From the IMG/VR virus record IMGVR_UViG_3300033075_001214, positions 6,052-70,051 of that record: a DNA stretch of 64,000 nucleotides; one strand, written 5' to 3'. Below the pieces are notes generated by a model, which worked only from the letters and a program-made list of their open reading frames with translations, made no database searches and was not told where the DNA came from. The DNA comes from a virus (lineage: Duplodnaviria; Caudoviricetes). A program made the translations under genes and the position numbers. This document shows, in pieces, positions 15,048-24,290 of the stretch (positions are counted from its first letter, which is position 1; every line of letters starts with the position of its first letter).

Positions 15048-17447
15048 ATGGCAGATGTCTATAATGGGGCCTATCCGTGGCCAGATGAATTTTGTCCGCC
15101 AGCCAAAAAAGAAAAAGATGCTTACGGACTACAGGCCGCCAAAGCCATGTACTACGCCAAAAACCGCTACGGATACCGCCTTTTTGATAACGACACCAAC
15201 TACAACGCGCTCGTAGAACTTGCTCAGGGACGCCAAAGCACCGACAACATCCGCAGAATGTTTGGATTCCACGACAACAAGGAATCCACCATGGATGACA
15301 ACGGTACGCTGGCCTATGTGGACATTCAAGTGATCAACCTGGCAACCAAGTATATCAACCGGACCGTAGCCAAACTTCAACGTAATAAATACGATATTAA
15401 TCTTTCAGCCATTGATCCTATTTCGGTAGACGAAGCCAAGGAAATGAATGCGAAGATCGAAACCTTCTACGAGCTCAGGGATTGGTTTAAGAATATCAAA
15501 CTCGATCCGAAAAAGTTCTTCCCAGATTTAAACTTAGACTTGCTCCCGGAATTTCCGGAAGAGTTAATGTTTCAGTTGAGCACTAACCAGAAGATTCAGA
15601 AAGTTATTGACGGAGAGAAGACAATCAAGTTACTCAACAACGTCATCAACAACACAGACCAGATCATGCGCGAGTATGATTGGGATAGCACGGTAATCGG
15701 GCGCGGGCATGTGCATTGTTACCTGGATGAGAACAAGATGCCGCGAGCCCAGCGAATTAATCCGAAGTACTGGGGAGGAAGTTATACCGAGAACGAAGAT
15801 TATAGCAGGTCCGAGTATCAGTTCTTTATTGAGTTTATCACCCGGAATCAGTTTAAGAAAGAGGCCGAGAACAAACTACCAAAGGACAAGATTGACGAAG
15901 TAATTAATGGGCACACCTTCGCCAATTCAATCAGTTCATACGGCAGCCTTCCTGATTTGCTCGATCATTACGATGGGTTAGAATATATCCCGGTGATGCG
16001 ATTCTATTTCCTGAGTAACGATAACAAATCAATCGTTACCTGGAAGAACGACAACGGGCAGCCGATGATTGATGAGCGCGGTTATGAGTACAATCAGTCG
16101 GAAGAAGCCACCCGGGAGCGCAATATCAAACGAATTTCTTATACATCCGTCTATGGAGGCACCTGGGTATTAGATAGCAACATTGTTTACGATTACGGAC
16201 GCAGGGATATTCCGCGGACGCAATTAGTCAACACGCGATTACCGATCATTACGTTTGCGCCTAACATGAAAGAGGGCCGGATTGTAAGCCTATTGGCTCA
16301 GATGGTGGAACCATTAACCATGCTAAACGTAGCCTGGAACAAAATCAAAGACATCCTTGCTAAAGGCCGGATGAATGTATGGGAATTAAATTTGAGTTCG
16401 TTTGAAAATGTAGCGTTAGGAGCAGGCGGAAAGAATTGGACCCCGCAGGAAGCAGTAGACTTTTTATTTCAGACCAATATTGCCGTTAGCCGGAACAATA
16501 CCAATCAATACGGTCAGCAGGTAGCCCCAGCCGTTCGTGAGATGGCTTCGGGATTACAATTAGCGGATTACTACAACACAATTGCCCAGTGTATCCAGTT
16601 CTTAAACGATCTTTCGGGGGCTACTGTAGCCGAACAGCCCCAGATGCCAGACCGGTTAGCCGTTGGTGCCATGAAAGCCAATATTGCAGCCGGAAATGAA
16701 GCCATTGAATATCTGGTCAACGGACACCGGCAAGTATATCACCAGGTCACCCACATGCTTTTGTTACTTACTCAAGCCGCTAAGCGTGACAAAGTAGCTA
16801 TCCAAGGAATGATTCCGGCATTAGGGAAATACACGACCGAGTATTTTGAGGTACCCGATTCACTCCCATATTGTGAATACGGATTAATGATGGAGACTGA
16901 GCCGAGCGAAGAAGAGTGGATGGCATTCTACGCAGAAGTAGCGTTGTCCGTTCAGGAAGGACGCCTCAATAGTTCTGATTCCGCATTCATCCGCATGGTG
17001 AAGAACCTGAAGCAAGCACGGTTTATTATGGCTAACCGCGAGCGCATCAATGAAATGAAGGCCGCACAATTCCGTCAACAGGAACAACAATTCCAGATGC
17101 AGGTAGGTGCCGATGCCGATAACCGCAAGACCGAACGCGAGATGGCATTGCTCGATAAGAAGAAGGAGGACGAAAAAGAGTTGATGGCTATTCAGGCACA
17201 AATTGATGATGCCATGATGACTAAGAAAGCTATGTTAGACGGTGAAGTCAACCAGGTATCCAAAATGGTTGAGCAGCAGATCAAGAAGCAGCAGGGCATC
17301 GATACAATTCTCAAAGAGGCACTACGATATAAGGGTGAGGTTTATAAATCAGATAAAAAGTTTCAGTCTGATACATACAAAGCTCAAAAACAAGTAGAGG
17401 CCGCAGAAATTACCTCAGAGAACAAACCAAAACCAGTCAAAAAATAA
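15048..17447 (+). CDS. Portal protein
   Basis: 799 aa after terL; helical C-terminal barrel; crAss-like size and synteny. Confidence 0.85.
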   Translation: MADVYNGAYPWPDEFCPPAKKEKDAYGLQAAKAMYYAKNRYGYRLFDNDTNYNALVELAQGRQSTDNIRRMFGFHDNKESTMDDNGTLAYVDIQVINLATKYINRTVAKLQRNKYDINLSAIDPISVDEAKEMNAKIETFYELRDWFKNIKLDPKKFFPDLNLDLLPEFPEELMFQLSTNQKIQKVIDGEKTIKLLNNVINNTDQIMREYDWDSTVIGRGHVHCYLDENKMPRAQRINPKYWGGSYTENEDYSRSEYQFFIEFITRNQFKKEAENKLPKDKIDEVINGHTFANSISSYGSLPDLLDHYDGLEYIPVMRFYFLSNDNKSIVTWKNDNGQPMIDERGYEYNQSEEATRERNIKRISYTSVYGGTWVLDSNIVYDYGRRDIPRTQLVNTRLPIITFAPNMKEGRIVSLLAQMVEPLTMLNVAWNKIKDILAKGRMNVWELNLSSFENVALGAGGKNWTPQEAVDFLFQTNIAVSRNNTNQYGQQVAPAVREMASGLQLADYYNTIAQCIQFLNDLSGATVAEQPQMPDRLAVGAMKANIAAGNEAIEYLVNGHRQVYHQVTHMLLLLTQAAKRDKVAIQGMIPALGKYTTEYFEVPDSLPYCEYGLMMETEPSEEEWMAFYAEVALSVQEGRLNSSDSAFIRMVKNLKQARFIMANRERINEMKAAQFRQQEQQFQMQVGADADNRKTEREMALLDKKKEDEKELMAIQAQIDDAMMTKKAMLDGEVNQVSKMVEQQIKKQQGIDTILKEALRYKGEVYKSDKKFQSDTYKAQKQVEAAEITSENKPKPVKK

Positions 17448-17449
17448 CT

Positions 17450-17553
17450 TATATTTGAATTATCGTAATTGTCATCTACAGTAGATTACGAAAAAGAAAT
17501 TAAATCCCCCACATGAGGGAGGCGAGTAGATGCGCTGAACTCAGGTGGGGGAT
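17450..17553 (+). promoter_or_regulatory. Promoter and structured leader of HNH gene 2
   Basis: TATATTTG (17450-57); AAAGAAATTAAA (17493-504); ATCCCCCAC/GTGGGGGAT stem. Confidence 0.55.
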
Positions 17554-17574
17554 ATTTTTTTAACATCTACAAAA

Positions 17575-18132
17575 ATGGAAGAAATTTGGAAAGACATTAA
17601 GAATTGGCAGGGGTTCTATCAGGTAAGCAGTGAGGGAAGGGTCCGTTCATTGGAAAGAACTATAGTAACAAAAAAGAATACCAAGCTAAAAATTGAATCA
17701 AGAATACTTAGTATAGCAAAAAATAAATGGGGATACAACCATGTTACCTTTTGGTTAAATAGGAAACAGCAGCATAAGAAAGTACATATAATGGTGGCTG
17801 AGTATTTTGTAGAGAAAATTAACGGATGTAACCAAGTAAATCATAAGGATAAAAATAAAGACAATAATCATTACACTAATTTAGAATGGGTTAGTAACCG
17901 AGAGAATTGCTCTCATTCACACGATAAAAAAAGATGCACATCTAAATACACAGGCGTATCATTTAAAAGAAATCTTAATAAGTGGGTAGCTCAAGCATAC
18001 ATATCGGGACAATCAAGATATCTAGGACTTTTTGAAACTGAGGAAGATGCCTCTGACGCATACCAAAATGCGTTAATGAAAAATAATATAATTAACAGGC
18101 ACTCCATTAAAAAAGAAAAGGCCACAAAATAA
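17575..18132 (+). CDS. NUMOD4-HNH-AP2 homing endonuclease
   Basis: MEEIWKDIK...; VNHKDKNKDNNHYTNLEW; SKYTGVSF...YLGLFETEEDA. Confidence 0.9.
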   Translation: MEEIWKDIKNWQGFYQVSSEGRVRSLERTIVTKKNTKLKIESRILSIAKNKWGYNHVTFWLNRKQQHKKVHIMVAEYFVEKINGCNQVNHKDKNKDNNHYTNLEWVSNRENCSHSHDKKRCTSKYTGVSFKRNLNKWVAQAYISGQSRYLGLFETEEDASDAYQNALMKNNIINRHSIKKEKATK

Positions 18133-18303
18133 ATTATGACCTTTTTAATGCTTTCTCCCGGAGGTTGGCGTCTCCGGGAGCCCTAAACTAATTGTATGAG
18201 GTTATCCCGTCTGGATAACACTACAAATGAAACAAATAAATTTGGTTTTTTCAAATCAATAGAATTTTAACGACCTTCGTAACGACAAACAACCCCAAAT
18301 ATC

Positions 18304-19488
18304 ATGACAGAAGCACCCGAAGGCAAGGTATATGATACCGACAAAAAAGAATGGATTGATGCTCCCGTAGAGGAAATCAAGAAGGAGGAAGTCAAAGAGG
18401 AGAAGAAAGAAGAGACTGAAAAGAAAGAGGAGAAAACCGAGACTCCCACCCCTGAAGAAGTTGCCGCCAAAGTTGCAGCCGAAACCAAAGAAACCAAGAA
18501 GGAAGAAGAGAAAACAACCAATCCTAAAAAGGATGAACTTCCCGCGTGGCTAAAAGAAAAGTACGGCATCGAGAACCAGGAGGAGCTTGATGAAGTTCTG
18601 GGAAGCAACAAAAAGTTAGCAGACGAACTCGAAAAGGAGCGCTCTAAAAAAGTATTCACTTCCGAGAAAGAAGAAAAACTTCATAAATTTCTACTCGGTT
18701 GGGACCTTGATAAAATCGGAGAAGGCATGGAGACGGCCGCAGTCCTCACAAGGATTGATATCCCAAACATTGATGGCAAGCGAGCCCTTGAAGAACAATT
18801 CATTTTGGATAATACCGAACTCACCCGGGAAGAAGCCAAGCAGTTATTTGCCCGTGAATTTCGTAAGAAGTATGAGGTCAAAAAAGCCGACTTTGACACC
18901 GATGAAGAGTACGAAGAAGAAAAAAAGTTGACGGAAATTCAGCAAAAGAAAGATGTCAGCAAAGCCCGTAAGTTCCTGGAAGAAAAACAGAAGGAACTAA
19001 AGGCCAAACCAGAGGAAAAGAAGCCGGAGAAAAAAGAAGATATTCCCACAGAATCCATCAAATCCTACGAAAATCAAATAAAATCGTTCTTTAAGAAGGA
19101 CAACAAAGAGTGGGATCGCTTCCAGTATAAAGACGAAACTGGCACTGAATTGTATGCCATCGTTTTGGATGCCGACAAGCGTAAACAGGTGCAGGATGCG
19201 ATGACTGCCTATGTGCAGCGACCTGATGTTTATGATAAAAATGGAAAAATTGATAACTTTGATGCCGAAGAGCTTGCGCTGAAGTTCACCCAATTGCTGT
19301 TTGGCAAGTGGATGGATCAAGAACATCACAAGCAAATCAAAATACTGGCACAGACGGTAAAAGCAGAGCAGTTAGCTGGCAAGAAACCCGACAAAACCAG
19401 TAAATCAATGGGTAAAGCGAGTGGACAAAGTTTTGATGAGCAGTTTGCAGAAGCTGCTAGAGTAGCGAAAGAAAAACGAGGAAAATAA
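18304..19488 (+). CDS. Putative capsid scaffolding protein
   Basis: Very E/K-rich, 394 aa, immediately upstream of the MCP. Confidence 0.65.
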   Translation: MTEAPEGKVYDTDKKEWIDAPVEEIKKEEVKEEKKEETEKKEEKTETPTPEEVAAKVAAETKETKKEEEKTTNPKKDELPAWLKEKYGIENQEELDEVLGSNKKLADELEKERSKKVFTSEKEEKLHKFLLGWDLDKIGEGMETAAVLTRIDIPNIDGKRALEEQFILDNTELTREEAKQLFAREFRKKYEVKKADFDTDEEYEEEKKLTEIQQKKDVSKARKFLEEKQKELKAKPEEKKPEKKEDIPTESIKSYENQIKSFFKKDNKEWDRFQYKDETGTELYAIVLDADKRKQVQDAMTAYVQRPDVYDKNGKIDNFDAEELALKFTQLLFGKWMDQEHHKQIKILAQTVKAEQLAGKKPDKTSKSMGKASGQSFDEQFAEAARVAKEKRGK

Positions 19489-19528
19489 CCGCGTCTTTGG
19501 TCAGGGAAACCAGTAACCAAAGAAAAAA

Positions 19529-20992
19529 ATGGCAGCAGTAAATACGTACCGCGATTGGTCCTTTGCATCGCAAGAGAACTATCCGGTGATTACCAACATC
19601 GACTTTTTGCTCGAACCGCAAATTGTCGAAGACTTGTTCAACGTCAATCCGCTCAATACCGACATCGGAGACTTCATGAAAATGAACCTGATGGAGAAGG
19701 TACAAGGCGAAGAAATCGTTCACCGCGAAAAACGCAAGCTGATCGATGCTCCTTTCATCAATTCATCCACCAGCGTAAACCTTGTTTATGGCGTAGCTTC
19801 CGTAGGTAACGGAGACCCTGCCGCATTCTCAGGCTTGGATTATATCCAGTTAGCATCTTCCGCGCACACTCCTACTTCCGGAGACCTTGCCAATACCTAT
19901 TCGTACATCCGCCCTGGCGATGTGATCGAATTCAAGAACCTTGCCTTCTGGCGCGTTCAAGGTAAGCGTACCAGTGTCGCTGATGCACACCGTTTGTACA
20001 TCACCAAACTGGATGCAAGCTATCCTCCTCTTGGAAACACGATTACCGTAGTGGGCTCAACCCATGGCGGAGATCAGGTGTCTGTTCCTACCGCGTTGTT
20101 TGAAGAAGCAACCTGGGGACAAACTGTAGGTATGATCCCTACCTTTAAGTCGTTCAAGTCTTACTTGTCAACCATTGCTGATATGTACGAAACTACAGAC
20201 AAGCAGTTGACCAACAAGACCTGGCCAATGAGGGATCCTGATTCCGGAAAGACTATCAATTTCTGGTATGAGGTAGGTGCCCGCGATACCGACATGCGTT
20301 TCATGATCAAAGAAGCCATGGCCGTATTCAATGTGCCAAAAGCAGATTCAGCAGCAGTAGCTTACGACCCTATTTCCGGTACCAACAAAACCCTGATCAG
20401 CACAGACGGATATATTCCGGTTCTTCGCGCCACAGGAGGTGCCGTTAAGAAAGAGTACGATGACAACATCACCCTGGCATTGTTTAACGACCTTGCCCGT
20501 CTTCGTAACCGGTTGAATCAGGAGAAAACTTCTATGATTCTTTACGGACAGGAATTCGGTAGCCGCGCTTCGGATGCAGTTACCACCCTTGGCGTAAACG
20601 GAGGTATCAAGTATGAGCACACAGACGTTGATCTGGAAATTGACACTATCCGCATTCCAAATGCAGTGTTCAAGATGAAGGAACTTCGTATCCTGAATCA
20701 CCCTGAATTAACCGCATTACCTGGCCGTATTTATCCTTGGTATTTCATTATCAAGCCGATGACGAAGGCTCAGGATGCTAAAACAGGCGTTCCTCTGGAA
20801 GCAATGACGATCATGTACAAATTCCAGGAAGGTAAAGGAGGCCGCGGTCACTACAAAGTATGGATGACTGGTGCCTATTCTCCTGATGGAAATAGCCGTC
20901 AGCGCGTTCGCACAATCGATTATCACTCTGAAAAAGGCGTTCGGGTAGTAGGTGCTGAGAAGCATATCCTCGGAATCCCTGCTCAGTATTAA
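19529..20992 (+). CDS. Major capsid protein
   Basis: 487 aa; portal-scaffold-MCP synteny; strongly biased codons; followed by a terminator. Confidence 0.85.
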   Translation: MAAVNTYRDWSFASQENYPVITNIDFLLEPQIVEDLFNVNPLNTDIGDFMKMNLMEKVQGEEIVHREKRKLIDAPFINSSTSVNLVYGVASVGNGDPAAFSGLDYIQLASSAHTPTSGDLANTYSYIRPGDVIEFKNLAFWRVQGKRTSVADAHRLYITKLDASYPPLGNTITVVGSTHGGDQVSVPTALFEEATWGQTVGMIPTFKSFKSYLSTIADMYETTDKQLTNKTWPMRDPDSGKTINFWYEVGARDTDMRFMIKEAMAVFNVPKADSAAVAYDPISGTNKTLISTDGYIPVLRATGGAVKKEYDDNITLALFNDLARLRNRLNQEKTSMILYGQEFGSRASDAVTTLGVNGGIKYEHTDVDLEIDTIRIPNAVFKMKELRILNHPELTALPGRIYPWYFIIKPMTKAQDAKTGVPLEAMTIMYKFQEGKGGRGHYKVWMTGAYSPDGNSRQRVRTIDYHSEKGVRVVGAEKHILGIPAQY

Positions 20993-21001
20993 AAAAATCC
21001 C

Positions 21002-21034
21002 CAAGGGGTGCGGATAACTGCACCCCTTGTTTTT
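21002..21034 (+). terminator. Intrinsic terminator after the MCP
   Basis: CAAGGGGTGC-8-GCACCCCTTG followed by TTTTT. Confidence 0.85.
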
Positions 21035-21057
21035 AAAACTAAGTAACCCAACAAAAA

Positions 21058-22200
21058 ATGGCAAAAAAAGCTGAAAACGCGGCTCCGGCCAGCGTAAACA
21101 CCCCCGATGTAGATGATTTTTTGAATGACAATTCTCCCGCAGAAGAACTCATTGACACCTCAAAACTGGATTTAAGCCAGATTCCGCCTCCGGAACCCCT
21201 ACATAATCCAATCCTTACCAACAAAAAGGAAGACACCGTAAAAGGCCCCAAACTTAAAGGAGAGCTCAGAAAATTCTCTTTTAGCCGGTTTGGACCTAAT
21301 AAACGGCCAATTACCACTGATTTGAGTGACCAGATGTTACCGCCCATCACCAAGCGGCATACGGCCATTTATCAGCTTTTAGGGCTTCAGGACGGAGCGT
21401 CCACCGACAAGCGTATTGAAAGGGAAATTAGCGAACGGGCAAATATTGTAGATACATCCGACTACGAGATGCATCCCACATATTCGATTTTCGACCAGTT
21501 TGAGAAGGATTTTGGGCGTCAGACCAAAGTAGTAACCTACTACGATGGAGTACAGCGGGTAAACTACAAGGACCCGATTACAGGCGAAAATCGTCCGGAT
21601 ATCCGTCAGAAAGTAGGAACCCCCCGATTCAGCCGAGGTCAGGCCGTGGTAGACATCATGCGTAACTACCATCAATATTTGTGGTGGGAATTGCACCCTG
21701 GCAACAAGACCAACAAATTCCGGGATAAAAGCAAGCCCGCTCTTTTCGAACGCATCGACCTGAAGCACTACAATCCGCACATGGATATGATCCGCAAGGA
21801 ATTGGAGTTTGATGCTATGAAGTACATCCGCGGATTACAACCCGGTCAGGTAATCGATCTTGCCACAGCGCTGGACATTCCTGTTATTGGTATGCAACCT
21901 TCTGCTTTAAAAACAGACTTGTACACCCTGGCTCAAAAGGATCCTGAAAAAGTATTATTCAAGGCACCGGATGAACTGATGAGCACGACTATCGAAATCA
22001 TGAGAGCCGTTGACCTGGGAATTCTGGATTACGATGCTCAACGCAAACAGTACTACTTTGCTCAGAACATCAACGAGCCGTTATTCGTAGTGCCCATGGA
22101 TGAGATTCCGTATGAAGCACTGGCTAAGTATTTAGTCGGTACCGAAGAGGGACAAATTGTGAAAGAAAAAATGATGGAGTTTATCTACTACTGGATATAA
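21058..22200 (+). CDS. Conserved head-module protein, function unknown
   Basis: 380 aa between two terminators, downstream of the MCP. Confidence 0.7.
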   Translation: MAKKAENAAPASVNTPDVDDFLNDNSPAEELIDTSKLDLSQIPPPEPLHNPILTNKKEDTVKGPKLKGELRKFSFSRFGPNKRPITTDLSDQMLPPITKRHTAIYQLLGLQDGASTDKRIEREISERANIVDTSDYEMHPTYSIFDQFEKDFGRQTKVVTYYDGVQRVNYKDPITGENRPDIRQKVGTPRFSRGQAVVDIMRNYHQYLWWELHPGNKTNKFRDKSKPALFERIDLKHYNPHMDMIRKELEFDAMKYIRGLQPGQVIDLATALDIPVIGMQPSALKTDLYTLAQKDPEKVLFKAPDELMSTTIEIMRAVDLGILDYDAQRKQYYFAQNINEPLFVVPMDEIPYEALAKYLVGTEEGQIVKEKMMEFIYYWI

Positions 22201-22220
22201 TCCTCCATTGAAATAACAGG

Positions 22221-22249
22221 AAACCCCGGGAGCAATTCCGGGGTTTTTT
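22221..22249 (+). terminator. Intrinsic terminator
   Basis: AAACCCCGGGA-GCAA-TTCCGGGGTTTTTT. Confidence 0.85.
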
Positions 22250-22296
22250 ATTGGTTAAAAAATCAGGTAACTTAGAGGCAAGAAAACCAATTTACC

Positions 22297-22959
22297 ATGC
22301 CTTCACTGCCGTTCATCACTGCAATCCGAAACGTTTCAGCCGATGTAACAACGGCAGAACTTCAGGACCTCACCGTAGCTTATGGCGGAGTCAATCCGGA
22401 TCGTGCCGACTTAGCGTTGTATGCCTATCTGTATAAGCGTGACGCCTCCCTCAACGATACCGCAGTAACCTTAGCCAACGATGCGCCAACTACAGTAACC
22501 GCTTGGGGATTTACCCTCAACGGAGATGGATGGTATGTAGCAATCATTTTTGGTTTTCCTATCTGGACAGCCGGGGCTTATACCCTTAATCAGTGTGTTT
22601 ATCATAGCGGATCTTATTACAAAGCCACTACATCAACAAGCGGAGTACCTGGTGTTTCTGTAGATTGGGATGAAATCACTGATATTTTATCAGAAGTGCT
22701 AAACCTATCAGCAGATAACGTTTATATTACTCAGACAAATAATTTTACGACCGCTATTCTTGAGAGCGGTAAACTTGGTGATGTGCTTCAGTCCTTGGGA
22801 CAGAAAATAATTCAAGGGAAACCTAAGAATGCGGATGATGCAGCCAGCGCTTCCTTTGGAGCCGCTATGGTTGAGAGCGCATGGATTAACCATCGAAGAG
22901 GAGATAATCAGGATGCCCAAGAAATAGTTGATTGGTTAACCGGACAATGGAATCCTTAA
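22297..22959 (+). CDS. Putative virion structural protein
   Basis: 220 aa, beta-rich N-terminus, in the structural operon. Confidence 0.6.
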   Translation: MPSLPFITAIRNVSADVTTAELQDLTVAYGGVNPDRADLALYAYLYKRDASLNDTAVTLANDAPTTVTAWGFTLNGDGWYVAIIFGFPIWTAGAYTLNQCVYHSGSYYKATTSTSGVPGVSVDWDEITDILSEVLNLSADNVYITQTNNFTTAILESGKLGDVLQSLGQKIIQGKPKNADDAASASFGAAMVESAWINHRRGDNQDAQEIVDWLTGQWNP

Positions 22960-22960
22960 T

Positions 22961-24289
22961 ATGGGGGCACCGATAAGAAGCGCAGAAGAAATTACCCAGA
23001 TCATCAATCGGGGTCAACACGCCATCGCAAGCCTTGGACTTGAAATAGTTCAGGATGCCAAACGTGGAGCTGATAATACCGATCCGGACTGGAGATGGAA
23101 ACAGATGCGATTGATCTTGCTCCGGTCGTTCTATCAAAACATTCTTACCGTTGATGGCGAAATCAATAATTTCTATGCTGCCAGCCTCAATGAGAAAGCA
23201 GAAAATAATATCCTTACCGGAATACTAAAACTTAGTGGAATATATTCTGGTCCAGCTATTCCTAAACTAACGGGGGATAACTTACCAATGTACTTTTTTC
23301 CGTCAACAAGCGGAGTAAGTTCAGGCGGTAATTCAGGCGGAGCAGCAACCCCAGGCGGAATCACTTTTGAAGCCCTTGATGTAGACGCACCAGGCGAAAT
23401 TGTTGATCGGATTGAAGCCAACGGAAGCAACTATGCGTTTTACATTGTCAATGTATATGGTAACGGAGTAGGTGAAGGAAGTAAAGGCGCTGTTTTGCTT
23501 GTCACTTGGAGAGGAGCATCGGCACCAGTAGTTACAGAATATGGTGGAGCGGATGTAGGAGGAACCACTGCAGGAGTAACGTTCAGCGCGGCCTTAGTAT
23601 CCGGCTATATTGAATTAACCGCTAACGTACCAACAGATAATTGGACCATCCGGGGAACGCGCATTTCCTTCCAGAATATTTCCTTCCAGAATCCATTAGG
23701 CCCTATGCCTCCCGGGGGAACAACTAATCAATTACTACGTAAATCCAGTAATCTTGATTATCAAACGGAGTGGTTTACGTTGCTATGGCAACACATTACC
23801 GATGTTACCGCGTCTCTTGCTGAGATCAATCGAGTTGCTGGAGTGACTTCTCCGATTCAGACGCAATTAGCCGCACGATTACTATTGGCAGGGGGGACGA
23901 TGTCAGGTGCCATTGAAATGGCCAACAATAAAATCACAGGACTAGCCGCAGGAACATCAAACGGAGATGCTTTACGGTATGAGCAGTTAAAAATATCGGG
24001 TAGTGAATCAATTTTATTCACCACTGTTCAATTAGGATTTTGGGACATGGTTGCAACGTCTACAATTTTTGTATCTCACGGTCTGGATTACACCAAAATA
24101 ATCTCATGCCACATAAAAATATTAGGAGATAGCGGTATAGGAGGATATGACCTGACATCGGCCGGGACAACGGGTTATGATTCATCTAATATAATAGCAT
24201 CAAGAGATGCATCGGGACTTTTTGATAGTAGTTCGTTCAACGATCCAGCAATAAATAGGGGTGAAGCTCTAATTTTTTACCGACCTTAA
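22961..24289 (+). CDS. Putative tail fibre/hub protein
   Basis: GGTTNQLLRKSSNLDYQTEW and EINRVAGVTSPIQTQL fibre-type motifs. Confidence 0.65.
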   Translation: MGAPIRSAEEITQIINRGQHAIASLGLEIVQDAKRGADNTDPDWRWKQMRLILLRSFYQNILTVDGEINNFYAASLNEKAENNILTGILKLSGIYSGPAIPKLTGDNLPMYFFPSTSGVSSGGNSGGAATPGGITFEALDVDAPGEIVDRIEANGSNYAFYIVNVYGNGVGEGSKGAVLLVTWRGASAPVVTEYGGADVGGTTAGVTFSAALVSGYIELTANVPTDNWTIRGTRISFQNISFQNPLGPMPPGGTTNQLLRKSSNLDYQTEWFTLLWQHITDVTASLAEINRVAGVTSPIQTQLAARLLLAGGTMSGAIEMANNKITGLAAGTSNGDALRYEQLKISGSESILFTTVQLGFWDMVATSTIFVSHGLDYTKIISCHIKILGDSGIGGYDLTSAGTTGYDSSNIIASRDASGLFDSSSFNDPAINRGEALIFYRP

Positions 24290-24290
24290 T

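Noticed and set aside
18267-18659. Long antisense ORFs over core genes (e.g. 2204..2791, 18267..18659, 48064..48513, 63430..63774)
   Set aside because: Reverse-frame shadows of E/K-rich or biased coding sequence; S/F-rich nonsense translations
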